Assembly (NCBI GenBank): GCA_017555825.1
Contig: JAFZFQ010000037.1
Coordinates: 862 to 64,861 of the forward strand
Direction: 5' to 3'
From: Bacteroidaceae bacterium
Lineage (GTDB): Bacteria; Bacteroidota; Bacteroidia; Bacteroidales; Barnesiellaceae_A
Length of the DNA stretch: 64,000 nt
Positions within the stretch are counted from its first letter, which is position 1. Every line of letters begins with the position of its first letter. The position numbers were made by a program, and so were the translations under genes. The notes beneath the pieces are model-generated. The model saw nothing but the letters and a program-made list of their open reading frames with translations, was not told the DNA's origin and made no database searches. Shown here in pieces: positions 29,780-39,163 of this stretch.

Positions 29780-30997
29780 ATGAAAGTAGAAACCGGACGG
29801 GGACGCATACCCCTCATTACCCTCTTGGGTATTTGGTCTATCTCGGCACTCAATGCACTGCCGGGACTGGCCGTTTCGCCTATATTGGGCGAGTTGCAAA
29901 AAATCTTTCCACACGCTACCGAGTTGGATATACAGATGCTCACGTCGTTGCCATCACTCATGATTATACCCTTTGTGTTGTTGGCGGGTAAGCTCACCGA
30001 GCGCATCGATAATATACGTCTGTTGCAGGTGGGCTTGGTTATCTTTGTATTGAGCGGTGTACTCTATCTTATGTCTAACAAGATGTGGCAACTTGTGGCA
30101 GTGAGTGGCTTGTTGGGTGTAGGCTCGGGATTGATTATTCCGCTTTCAACGGGCTTGATAGGCCGATTCTTTGTTGGTCGCTATCGCACCAAGCAGTTCG
30201 GTCTGAGCTCGGCCATTACCAACCTTACCCTTGTTATAGCTACCGTTATAGCGGGCTATCTGGCCGAGATAGAGTGGCACTTGCCCTTTATTGTATACCT
30301 ATTGCCCATCGTTTCTATTATCCTGTCGTTCCAGTTGCGCAAGGCGCTCTCGCAAGAGCCCGAGCCTTCGCCCGAGATAGATCACACCGACAACGGCCTG
30401 CGTCCGCATGTAAAGGTGGGTAGCAACGGTATAGGAGTGCATCACCTCATCGAAGTTATGTTGTTCTATGGTATGGTTACATACTTGGTGGTTATTGTGA
30501 GCCTCAACCTGCCCTTCCTTATCGAAGAGCGAGGCATGCCCTCGGGATTGTCGGGTACCTATATTGCTCTCTTCTTCCTTGCTATCATGGCGCCGGGATT
30601 CATACTCAATCGTCTCATAGATATATGGGGTAGAGCCACACAATTGTGGAGTATGCTCATGATAGTTGTAGGCCTGGGCTTGATTGTTGTCACTACCAAC
30701 GAGTGGTTCGTGGGTCTCGGATGTGTCAGTGCCGGAGTGGGATATGGCATTATACAGCCCATTATGTACGACCGCACCACGCACATTGTATTGCCTCACA
30801 AGAGTACCCTTGCCCTGGCATGTGTCATGGCGATGAACTATGTGGCTATCTTGGTGTGTCCGTTTGTGGTGAAACTCTTTGAGATAATCATGCACGATAC
30901 GAGTCAGCTCTTTGCCTTCAAGCTCAATACCTTCTTGGCAGCTGTTACGATGTTGGTAGCCTTTATATATCGCAAATCGGCGCTGTTCGACAATTAA
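29780..30997 (+). CDS. MFS transporter
   Basis: About 12 TM segments; motif-A-like AGKLTERIDNIR. Confidence 0.88.
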   Translation: MKVETGRGRIPLITLLGIWSISALNALPGLAVSPILGELQKIFPHATELDIQMLTSLPSLMIIPFVLLAGKLTERIDNIRLLQVGLVIFVLSGVLYLMSNKMWQLVAVSGLLGVGSGLIIPLSTGLIGRFFVGRYRTKQFGLSSAITNLTLVIATVIAGYLAEIEWHLPFIVYLLPIVSIILSFQLRKALSQEPEPSPEIDHTDNGLRPHVKVGSNGIGVHHLIEVMLFYGMVTYLVVIVSLNLPFLIEERGMPSGLSGTYIALFFLAIMAPGFILNRLIDIWGRATQLWSMLMIVVGLGLIVVTTNEWFVGLGCVSAGVGYGIIQPIMYDRTTHIVLPHKSTLALACVMAMNYVAILVCPFVVKLFEIIMHDTSQLFAFKLNTFLAAVTMLVAFIYRKSALFDN

Positions 30998-30999
30998 AT

Positions 31000-31896
31000 C
31001 TATTTGTATAGGTCGAGAGCAGCTTGCAGTTTGTTGCGTATCTCGTTGCGCAATTTTGCCGGCGATATAACCTCTATTTCTCGTCCCAGCGAGAGTAGTT
31101 CTTGTATGAGGTCGTAGGTGATGTACATGTTGTATATAAAATCGACGTAGCCATCGCCCACCTCATACTCGCGCTGTGAGTGGTGAAGGGGTAGGGCGCG
31201 CAAGTATTGGGCTTGTCGCATGGTCGCTCGCAGGCGTATAGCCTCGGGTTGCTCATCGCTGCGTATCACGCCAAACGATTGTGCAAAGTAGTTGGCAGGG
31301 TTGAAGTCGGCGGGAAACTCAAATGTATCGGTTGTGAGCGAGAGCTCTACCACGCGGTCGAGGGCATAGGTCTTGATGTGGCGATCCTTGCGGTTGTAGC
31401 CTATTACATACCATCGCTTGCGGAATGCCTTGACAAAATAGGGCTCCAGCTCTACCTTTTGTGCCGACATTTTCCAGAAGGCATGGTATGTCATGCGTAT
31501 CACATGCCCCTGTTGCATGGCCTCGGTTATAGTGGCCATATAGTCGTTGCCCGAAGGGATATGTTCGGGTATGATGCGCTCGGCCATATCGGCACCATGG
31601 CGCATGAGGTAGTTGACCGACAGTGAGTCAAACAACCACTTTTGCAGGTCGCTGCTCTTGTCGGGTTGTGCCTGCTCGATGTAATACTCGTAGGTCGATG
31701 TGTCGCAAAGGATGTTCACATCAAAAAGATTCTCGGCTCCCTCGCGGTAGTTGCAGAAGGTGCGTCGGGTGAGAGGGTTGCCATCTGAGAGGTCGCTCTG
31801 CAACCACAGTCGCTCTATCTCGCCACGAGTGATGCGCTTGTAGCGCCACACTGTGTCGAAAAACCACATGTATCGTTGTATAATACTTTGCGACAT
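31000..31896 (-). CDS. WYL-domain transcriptional regulator
   Basis: N-terminal wHTH (RRTF), LEPY..K.FRKRWYVIG, TYALDR, LPLHHSQ, C-terminal WCX-like region. Confidence 0.9.
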   Translation of the reverse strand: MSQSIIQRYMWFFDTVWRYKRITRGEIERLWLQSDLSDGNPLTRRTFCNYREGAENLFDVNILCDTSTYEYYIEQAQPDKSSDLQKWLFDSLSVNYLMRHGADMAERIIPEHIPSGNDYMATITEAMQQGHVIRMTYHAFWKMSAQKVELEPYFVKAFRKRWYVIGYNRKDRHIKTYALDRVVELSLTTDTFEFPADFNPANYFAQSFGVIRSDEQPEAIRLRATMRQAQYLRALPLHHSQREYEVGDGYVDFIYNMYITYDLIQELLSLGREIEVISPAKLRNEIRNKLQAALDLYK

Positions 31897-31899
31897 AAC

Positions 31900-32721
31900 C
31901 TATAGAGTTGTTACCGGCGATTTTCTTTTCTTGAAGCACTGTGATAGTATGGGGGCATAGGGTGTGTCGAGCTTGCGAGCTTTGGTAGGACACCCTTTTA
32001 CGCAAGCACAGCACTTGATGCAACGAGTCGTGTCGGTATGTAGGCAATTGCCGGCCTCGATAGCACCTGTGGGGCACAGCTTGGCACACTTGCCACACCG
32101 CTTGCACTTGTGGTCAATAACCTCTACGTGTGGCTTTACACCCGACTTGTTGCGACGTTGTTTCAGTACAAAGAGCACAAATCGAATGGTCGAGAAAATA
32201 GAGTTGCGAGGCTCTTTCAGAGTTGCAATGTCGATGCGCTTGGGGTGCTTGGCACAACTCAACTTCTCGGCAATAGCCTTGCCCCATGCACGGGCATCGG
32301 CCAGGTCGGTAGCGTCGGGGCGACCTGTGGCTATGGGGTGTTGCGATGTGCTATATGAGTGCTCACCTACAAAGGCCCCGACAGCTACGGGAACAAATCC
32401 GCGACTGCGCACAAACTCATAGAGTTGTTCGGCAGCTTCTTCATAGGCACGGTTGCCATACACTACGATGGGCACAACAGGTGTGTTGTTGCCACGCATG
32501 GCATCGAGGCGTTGCAGTGCTATGGGCGCTACCTTGCCACCATATACAGGGACAGATACAATGACCAACTCGTTGCTCTCGAAATGCAAATTCTCGGGAG
32601 TGCGGTAGGTTGCATCAACAATACGGCTCTCGTAGCGACAACCATCGGCCACGGCCATTGCCACCTTGCGCGATGTGCCGGTGGGCGAAAACAAAACGAT
32701 AGAAACTGTGGTTATATTCAT
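31900..32721 (-). CDS. Flavodoxin-fold/4Fe-4S dicluster protein (EFR1-like)
   Basis: FSPTGTS, VPVYGG, YGNRAYE, two CxxCxxCxxxCP motifs; TACCTTTG at 32727-32734. Confidence 0.88.
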   Translation of the reverse strand: MNITTVSIVLFSPTGTSRKVAMAVADGCRYESRIVDATYRTPENLHFESNELVIVSVPVYGGKVAPIALQRLDAMRGNNTPVVPIVVYGNRAYEEAAEQLYEFVRSRGFVPVAVGAFVGEHSYSTSQHPIATGRPDATDLADARAWGKAIAEKLSCAKHPKRIDIATLKEPRNSIFSTIRFVLFVLKQRRNKSGVKPHVEVIDHKCKRCGKCAKLCPTGAIEAGNCLHTDTTRCIKCCACVKGCPTKARKLDTPYAPILSQCFKKRKSPVTTL

Positions 32722-32991
32722 AATGACAAAGGTAGCGAATAGTGTGTGAAAAAACGAACTTATTTCTCTTTTTTCGTATCGCCTCGTAGCGGTCATACCC
32801 TTGATGCTCAATTTGCAAAGCGCAGTTTGCAAACAACACAGCGATTTGAAAATTTTAGCATCTATTGAGGAAATAAATCTTTATTAAATCGTTTACTTGC
32901 AGAAAAAGTATTAATTTTGCACTGCTTCAATAAAATGGAGTTTAATTAGGTAAGAAAGATTAGTTTAAATAACCAAAAAGATTTATTAGAA

Positions 32992-34599
32992 ATGGCAACA
33001 TTAGACTTGACAAAGTACGGTATTAACGGAACAACCGAAGTACTGCACAACCCCTCTTATGATCAACTCTTTGCCGAGGAGACTCTTCCCGGTCTTGAAG
33101 GCTATGAAGTAGGTCAAGTAACAGAATTGGGTGCTGTAAACGTAATGACAGGTATCTACACCGGTCGTTCGCCCAAAGATAAATTTTTCGTTTACGATGA
33201 GGTTTCTAAAAACACTGTATGGTGGACCTCAGAAGAATATAAAAACGATAACAAACCCGTTTCGCAAGAGACTTGGAACTCATTGAAAGACCTCGCTATC
33301 AAAGAGTTGTCAAACAAGAAACTCTATGTAGTAGATACTTTCTGCGGTGCCAACGAGAACTCACGCCTCAAAGTACGTTTCATCGTTGAGGTTGCATGGC
33401 AAGCTCACTTTGTAACCAACATGTTTATTCGCCCCACAGCCGAGGAGTTGGCCAACTATGGCGAGCCCGACTTCGTTGTTTACAACGCTTCTAAGGCTAA
33501 AGTTGAGAACTGGCAAGAGCTCGGCCTCAACAGCGAGACTGCCGTAGTATTCAACCTCACAAGCAAAGAGCAAGTTATCATCAACACTTGGTATGGTGGT
33601 GAGATGAAGAAAGGTATGTTCTCTATCATGAACTACCTCCTCCCCTTGCGAGGTATGGCTTCAATGCACTGCTCGGCCAACACCGACATGAACAATGAGA
33701 ACACAGCTATCTTCTTCGGTCTCTCTGGCACAGGTAAGACTACTCTCTCTACCGACCCCAAACGTCTCCTCATCGGTGACGACGAGCACGGCTGGGATGA
33801 CGAGGGTGTGTTCAACTTCGAAGGTGGTTGCTACGCCAAGGTTATCAACCTCAGCAAAGAGAACGAGCCCGACATCTACAACGCTATCAAGCGCGACGCT
33901 CTCCTTGAGAACGTTACTGTTGATGCCAACGGTAAGATCGACTTCAACGACAAGTCGGTTACTGAGAACACTCGTGTATCATATCCTATCTTCCACATCA
34001 ACAACATCGTACGTCCCCAATCTAAGGGTCCCGCTGCTAAGAGCGTAATCTTCCTTTCGGCCGACGCTTTCGGTGTATTGCCTCCCGTTTCTATCTTGAA
34101 CGCTGAGCAAACTAAGTACTACTTCCTCTCTGGTTTCACTGCTAAGTTGGCCGGTACAGAGCGTGGTATTACTGAGCCCACTCCCACATTCTCTGCTTGC
34201 TTCGGTGCTGCTTTCTTGTCATTGCACCCCACTAAGTATGCCGAGGAGTTGGTTAAGAAGATGGAGAAATCGGGCGCTAAGGCCTACCTCGTAAACACTG
34301 GTTGGAACGGTACAGGCAAGCGTATCTCTATCCGCGATACTCGTGGTATCATCGATGCTATCCTCGATGGTTCTATCGACAAAGCTCCTACAAAACAAAT
34401 TCCTTACTTCTCATTCACAGTGCCCACAGAGTTGCCCGGTGTTGATCCCGCAATTCTCGATCCTCGCGACACTTACGCTTGCGCTTGCGAGTGGGAAGAG
34501 AAGGCCAAAGACCTCGCTGGTCGCTTCATCAAGAACTTCAACAAGTTCACTGGCAACGAAGCTGGTAAGGCTCTCGTAGCAGCAGGTCCCCAACTCTAA
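32992..34599 (+). CDS. pckA: Phosphoenolpyruvate carboxykinase (ATP)
   Basis: [44 protein letters not shown]. Confidence 0.98.
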   Translation: MATLDLTKYGINGTTEVLHNPSYDQLFAEETLPGLEGYEVGQVTELGAVNVMTGIYTGRSPKDKFFVYDEVSKNTVWWTSEEYKNDNKPVSQETWNSLKDLAIKELSNKKLYVVDTFCGANENSRLKVRFIVEVAWQAHFVTNMFIRPTAEELANYGEPDFVVYNASKAKVENWQELGLNSETAVVFNLTSKEQVIINTWYGGEMKKGMFSIMNYLLPLRGMASMHCSANTDMNNENTAIFFGLSGTGKTTLSTDPKRLLIGDDEHGWDDEGVFNFEGGCYAKVINLSKENEPDIYNAIKRDALLENVTVDANGKIDFNDKSVTENTRVSYPIFHINNIVRPQSKGPAAKSVIFLSADAFGVLPPVSILNAEQTKYYFLSGFTAKLAGTERGITEPTPTFSACFGAAFLSLHPTKYAEELVKKMEKSGAKAYLVNTGWNGTGKRISIRDTRGIIDAILDGSIDKAPTKQIPYFSFTVPTELPGVDPAILDPRDTYACACEWEEKAKDLAGRFIKNFNKFTGNEAGKALVAAGPQL

Positions 34600-34630
34600 T
34601 CGAAGTAGTGTAATACACACTATACAGCCC

Positions 34631-34663
34631 GAGGCCGTGTCCGCAAGACACGGCCTCTTTTTT
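34631..34663 (+). terminator. Intrinsic terminator after pckA
   Basis: GAGGCCGTGTC/GACACGGCCTC plus T6. Confidence 0.9.
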
Positions 34664-34792
34664 ATCATTAATATTAATAAGTGTTATTTACCCCCCCGAT
34701 TGTTAATGTTTATTAACAATCGAATTGTGGGCTTGACTTTTCTGTTTATAATCAATACCTTGCGCACATAATTACCATAAATACCATAGACC

Positions 34793-36961
34793 ATGAAAAA
34801 GCAATTACTACTTCTTTTTGCCGCATTGGCAATTTCATTGGCAACATATGCCGAGCATGAGTACATCCCTTTTCTTCAAGAAGGTAATGCGTGGGCGTTT
34901 CTAAACAGTGTGATGATGAGTGTTGATCAATACTCTATTAATGGAGCTGTAATAGGCGATAATGAATACAAGGTGATTTATAAAACCCGATTCAATGCGC
35001 TCTCATGGAAGTCTGAACAACCCTCAAAATGGGGCTACGCGCGAGAATCGGATGGAAAAGTATATTTAGATACAAACCAAGGCGAAAAAATTGTTTATGA
35101 CTTTTCGTTACAAAAGGGCGATACTGCCTATTGGGGTACTCTATACGACTCACAGGGAAAGCCCGTGTGTGACCGATATGTGTATGTAGAAGATGTCTAT
35201 TATGAGCAAATTGCTGGACAAAATCGCAAAGTATTGAAAGTGGAAACCTGCGGGGTGAGTCTTAATGAAATGGATGATTATGCTGTGATTCGCGAGAAGG
35301 AAACATGGATTGAAGGCATGGGGTCAACACGTGATATTTTTGAAAGTGAAGAATGTCGTTGGGCAGATTTCGTTGGACCAAGCAGTCAATATGCATATTA
35401 CCATAATTATCTGACGGATGTCACTTATCCCGAGAACGCCGAACTATATGATTTTATTACCTGTTATGAGCACGAGTATATACCCTATGTTGAAGAGGGA
35501 AAGGTATGGGTAGATAAAGACCACCAAGGAAACCATATACAAGTTGGTATAAGTGAGACTATTACCATCAATCAAAAAGAGTATTACAAGCTGTATAAAC
35601 AAGGTTTTAGTGATTATGGTGGTAATCAAACTCCAACCGGTGATTCTCAACTTCATGGATATATCCGTGAAGAGGATAAACGGGTCTATGTGAGAAGTAT
35701 TAATAATGAGCAAGAGTATTTGATATACGATTTTGGAGCACAAGTAGGCGATACAATAGATTGGGCTACCATAACCTACACATGGACTGATGTTATCTTC
35801 AAACGGTATATTGTAGTAGATAGCATCGCGACAGCAACATATTATGGTAAAGAGCGAGACATATACTATGTAACTTGTATCGAAAGAATTTTTGATAAAT
35901 CGGGGGTAGAGAATATCGAAAATGGTCCAAGGTATTTCAACGATGTGTGGATTGAGAGTATAGGAACACTGCAACATCCTATTATGTCGCGTCTTGATGA
36001 TGCTTTTAGATGGGGGGCAACGGGCATGGAGTGGTTCGATTACTGCTACAACTACAATACCCAAGAGATATATCCTACCGACAAAACACCTATGCCCGAA
36101 TTCTCATATCCCGAGCGTGGGTACATCCCTTTTCTTCAAGAAGGTAATGCGTGGGTAGAAGAAGGTATAGGTGGCGTATACAGTCGTTATATGATAGCCG
36201 ACACCACTGTGATTAATGAGAAAGAGTATTGTGTGATAAAGCAAAGGTGGGTATATATAAATGAGGATATTTATAAAGATGTAAGTTATAAAACCTACAT
36301 TCGCGAAGAGGGGAAAAAAGTATACCAATATCAATATGAGGGAAACTTTATCCCTGTATGGTCTAATACCGAACATCTTTTCTTTGACTTCGGTGCTCAA
36401 AAAGGAGATAGTATTGTCGTCGCAGATTGGGATGAATATAAACTAACTCTCGTTATAGATAGTGTTTGCCAAACAGTATTGAACAACAAGGATAGAGATG
36501 TGTTCTATGTTAGCTACATAGTATTGGATAAGGTGTTCGAAGAAGAATACATAGATAGACGTGATATTTGGATTGAAGGTATAGGATCAACCCAAACGGC
36601 TACATATGACTGTAAATGGCGGTTGACAAGTGGCAATTCATGGTTCTACTGCTTCCATAACTACGACACCGGGTATACATACCCCGAGTATAAAACGATG
36701 TTAGACTTCAGTGCCGTACACGCTACACAGTCCGATGCAAAAAACCTCACCCTACACCGCAATGGTGATGCGTTGATGGCGGTGTTCCCCACAGCTCAGG
36801 CGGGCGAAGCTATCACGCTATACGATGCTACAGGTCGTGCAGTGGCTATACAAGCTGTGCGCCAAGGTGCTACTACGGCTAACATCGATGTGGCTACACT
36901 CCCTGTTGGTGTATATATAGCCCGCCTCAATAGTGGCGCTACAGCCAAGGTGGTGCTGTAG
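34793..36961 (+). CDS. Secreted protein: three ~205-215 aa 'WIEGIG' repeats plus T9SS type A CTD (paralog A)
   Basis: Signal peptide; repeats start at aa 21, 226 and 441 (YIPF..EG..W, Y.RE...KVY, YDF..Q.GD, WIE..G); CTD with LYDATGR, LP.GVYI, KVVL. Confidence 0.85.
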   Translation: MKKQLLLLFAALAISLATYAEHEYIPFLQEGNAWAFLNSVMMSVDQYSINGAVIGDNEYKVIYKTRFNALSWKSEQPSKWGYARESDGKVYLDTNQGEKIVYDFSLQKGDTAYWGTLYDSQGKPVCDRYVYVEDVYYEQIAGQNRKVLKVETCGVSLNEMDDYAVIREKETWIEGMGSTRDIFESEECRWADFVGPSSQYAYYHNYLTDVTYPENAELYDFITCYEHEYIPYVEEGKVWVDKDHQGNHIQVGISETITINQKEYYKLYKQGFSDYGGNQTPTGDSQLHGYIREEDKRVYVRSINNEQEYLIYDFGAQVGDTIDWATITYTWTDVIFKRYIVVDSIATATYYGKERDIYYVTCIERIFDKSGVENIENGPRYFNDVWIESIGTLQHPIMSRLDDAFRWGATGMEWFDYCYNYNTQEIYPTDKTPMPEFSYPERGYIPFLQEGNAWVEEGIGGVYSRYMIADTTVINEKEYCVIKQRWVYINEDIYKDVSYKTYIREEGKKVYQYQYEGNFIPVWSNTEHLFFDFGAQKGDSIVVADWDEYKLTLVIDSVCQTVLNNKDRDVFYVSYIVLDKVFEEEYIDRRDIWIEGIGSTQTATYDCKWRLTSGNSWFYCFHNYDTGYTYPEYKTMLDFSAVHATQSDAKNLTLHRNGDALMAVFPTAQAGEAITLYDATGRAVAIQAVRQGATTANIDVATLPVGVYIARLNSGATAKVVL

Positions 36962-38793
36962 TGGAAAAGGATAAAGAAAAGCACCTTGCCGCCTATCAAG
37001 GTGAAGATGGGGAAATCTTTTAGAGCCTACTACAACAGCGAACAACATTGACACCACGATGACTTGGATGTTGTAAATAATGGGCAAACACCTTTCGCTA
37101 TAAACTATACGATTGAACAGGGTGCATTTAGAAGTGTTAATAGATAATGGTAGACTTGCTTTTACAAAGTAATTGTTATATATGCAAAAAAGGAGGTATT
37201 ATGAAACGAATATTTATCACTTTATTGGCGGTGCTTAGCATTGCAACCATGTTGGCTAAAGATAGCTATTTGCCAATATGTACTCCCGGACGTGATTATA
37301 CCTATACCAATGGTAAATATACACTCGATCTTAGCACAATAACGTCAGAACATTCCGGTTATGTGTGGTTTGATCGTGAGGAACTATTCCCGTATAGCAA
37401 CCGACTGCGCGAGGAAGGCTCTCTTGTTCTTAAGTATTTCCCCAAGTATAAAAAGGAGTCCGGATGGATCGAAAAAGCTGAAGAAAATTTCACAACGACA
37501 GGTAGCGATTTTGTATATTTTGATTATAATCTGCAAGTAGGTGATACTCTTTGTGTTGTAGATATGACCCAATATGATGACAAAGAAATTTATGGTCGTA
37601 TTATTAAAGTCCTATCTATAGACTCCGTAGAAATAGGTTCGCTAAACCGATTAAGATACAACCTTGAGTCAAGAAATTTTTATGCTTCTATTTGGGAGAA
37701 GCATGATGATGAGTACCATTTTTCAAAGGTCACATATAACACACCCTATAACGACTCGTGGATAGAGGGAATAGGATATACAAATTACAATTTCGATAGA
37801 AATACATTGGGACTTTATTCTCTTTATGACAGTGGCACGCTCATATATGGTGAAGAAAATGTTGATGAAAATACTTATTTGTCTACGTGCATACCTCTAA
37901 GAGAGTATATTTACTATCATGAACAAGGAGGTCGCTGGCTTGAAATGTCATTTTTGTCAGAAAAATTTCCAGGTTATACTGCCCATAATTATGATAGTTA
38001 CGGCAGCAAAGTTTTGAGAGAGCAGGGGGCACAAATTCTACGAAACTTTGACGGCCTGACAACCACCCCCGAGTTGATAAAGTTATTGAACGAAAATTTG
38101 CCAACTGTCAATGATGACTTTGTCTACTTCGATTATAATCTTCAAATAGGCGATACCCTTTGTGTTGTGGAAAGCACTGCCACCGCTGTGTGTGAATATG
38201 AAATGCATATATTAGATGGCAAAATAATAAAAGTGTTGTCGGTAGATACAATAGAACTTGGTATGCAATCACAATTGAAATATAATCTCGAATCACGACC
38301 TTTCATTGCAGTACTCAGCATGTACTACGATGCTGCACTACCTCCCGAAGAAAGAGTTTATGAATATAATTATGGTATAGATATTGGTAAAACCTATAGT
38401 GATGCATGGATAGAGGGTATAGGATATACCTCGATAGTTTTTCCCGATGATTTAGATGCTAACTTAATACACAAACTCCAATGTGTGTTTGAGGAAGGTG
38501 AACTAATATATTGTGCCGATGGCGCCGATTGTAACGGACTGAGCGACCGGACCAATAAGAAGATAGATTTTGCCACCCTCACCCTACACCGCAATGGCGA
38601 TGCGCTGATGGCGGTGTTCCCCACAGCTCAGGCGGGCGAAGCTATCACGCTATACGATGCTACAGGTCGTGCAGTGGCTACGCAAACCGTGCGCCAAGGT
38701 GCTACTACGGCTACCATCGATGTGGCTACACTCCCTGCAGGTGTGTACATAGCCCGCCTTAATAGCGGCGCTACAGCCAAGGTGGTGTTGTAA
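36745..38793 (+). repeat. 217-bp direct repeat encoding the T9SS CTD (36745-36961 and 38577-38793)
   Basis: Manual alignment: 15 mismatches in 217 nt (about 93%), no gaps. Confidence 0.92.
37201..38793 (+). CDS. Secreted protein: two 'WIEGIG' repeats plus T9SS type A CTD (paralog B)
   Basis: Signal peptide MKRIFITLLAVLSIATMLA; duplicated DFVYFDYNLQ.GDTLCVV, IIKVLS.D, YNLESR, WIEGIGYT; same CTD. Confidence 0.85.
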   Translation: MKRIFITLLAVLSIATMLAKDSYLPICTPGRDYTYTNGKYTLDLSTITSEHSGYVWFDREELFPYSNRLREEGSLVLKYFPKYKKESGWIEKAEENFTTTGSDFVYFDYNLQVGDTLCVVDMTQYDDKEIYGRIIKVLSIDSVEIGSLNRLRYNLESRNFYASIWEKHDDEYHFSKVTYNTPYNDSWIEGIGYTNYNFDRNTLGLYSLYDSGTLIYGEENVDENTYLSTCIPLREYIYYHEQGGRWLEMSFLSEKFPGYTAHNYDSYGSKVLREQGAQILRNFDGLTTTPELIKLLNENLPTVNDDFVYFDYNLQIGDTLCVVESTATAVCEYEMHILDGKIIKVLSVDTIELGMQSQLKYNLESRPFIAVLSMYYDAALPPEERVYEYNYGIDIGKTYSDAWIEGIGYTSIVFPDDLDANLIHKLQCVFEEGELIYCADGADCNGLSDRTNKKIDFATLTLHRNGDALMAVFPTAQAGEAITLYDATGRAVATQTVRQGATTATIDVATLPAGVYIARLNSGATAKVVL

Positions 38794-38822
38794 TACGATA
38801 CATAGATTATAAATATAATTAT

Positions 38823-38862
38823 GGAGTATTGTCCTGTGGTGCGGGGCAGTACTCCCTTTTTT
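38823..38862 (+). terminator. Intrinsic terminator after paralog B
   Basis: GGAGTATTGTCCTG...CGGGGCAGTACTCC plus T6. Confidence 0.8.
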
Positions 38863-38939
38863 ATATACTGCTGTGCTTGTCTATAAATGGTAACAAACCA
38901 CAAACTTTATTTATTTTATCACCTTGTGCCTTGTAGGTG

Positions 38940-38969
38940 TTTGTAATTCAATAATATTTCGTACCTTTG
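38940..38969 (+). promoter_or_regulatory. Primary-sigma promoter for the metK leader
   Basis: TTTG (38940) ... TACCTTTG (38962-38969). Confidence 0.7.
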
Positions 38970-38982
38970 TGCCCGAAATAAT

Positions 38983-39034
38983 TGTGGAAGGATTTGACTG
39001 CTTGCAACCACACAAAAAAATTGCTAAAACTGTT
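38983..39034 (+). ncRNA. SAM-II riboswitch
   Basis: P1 TGTGG/CCACA enclosing GATTT..TTGCA, then an A-rich linker and GCTAAA; just after the promoter and upstream of metK. Confidence 0.8.
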
Positions 39035-39163
39035 CTATGCATACGCCGTTTCAAGGTGGTACAATTTGTGTGATTTTTTTTGAGTAGTTCTTCCCTCTGC
39101 CGTTATTGATGTAGCGACACGATGTGTTGTTGCCCCGTTTAGTAATAGATAAAACAGAACGAT

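Noticed and set aside
31000-31896. Anti-phage defence island around the WYL gene
   Set aside because: The neighbours are metabolic and transport genes; no nuclease, ATPase or methylase is present.
36962-37023. Short open stretch after paralog A (EKDKEKHLAAYQGEDGEIF)
   Set aside because: Too short and without a recognisable motif to call a pseudogene.
34793-38793. Diversity-generating retroelement template/variable repeat pair
   Set aside because: CTD mismatches are not adenine-specific, both copies are coding, and no reverse transcriptase is in the window.
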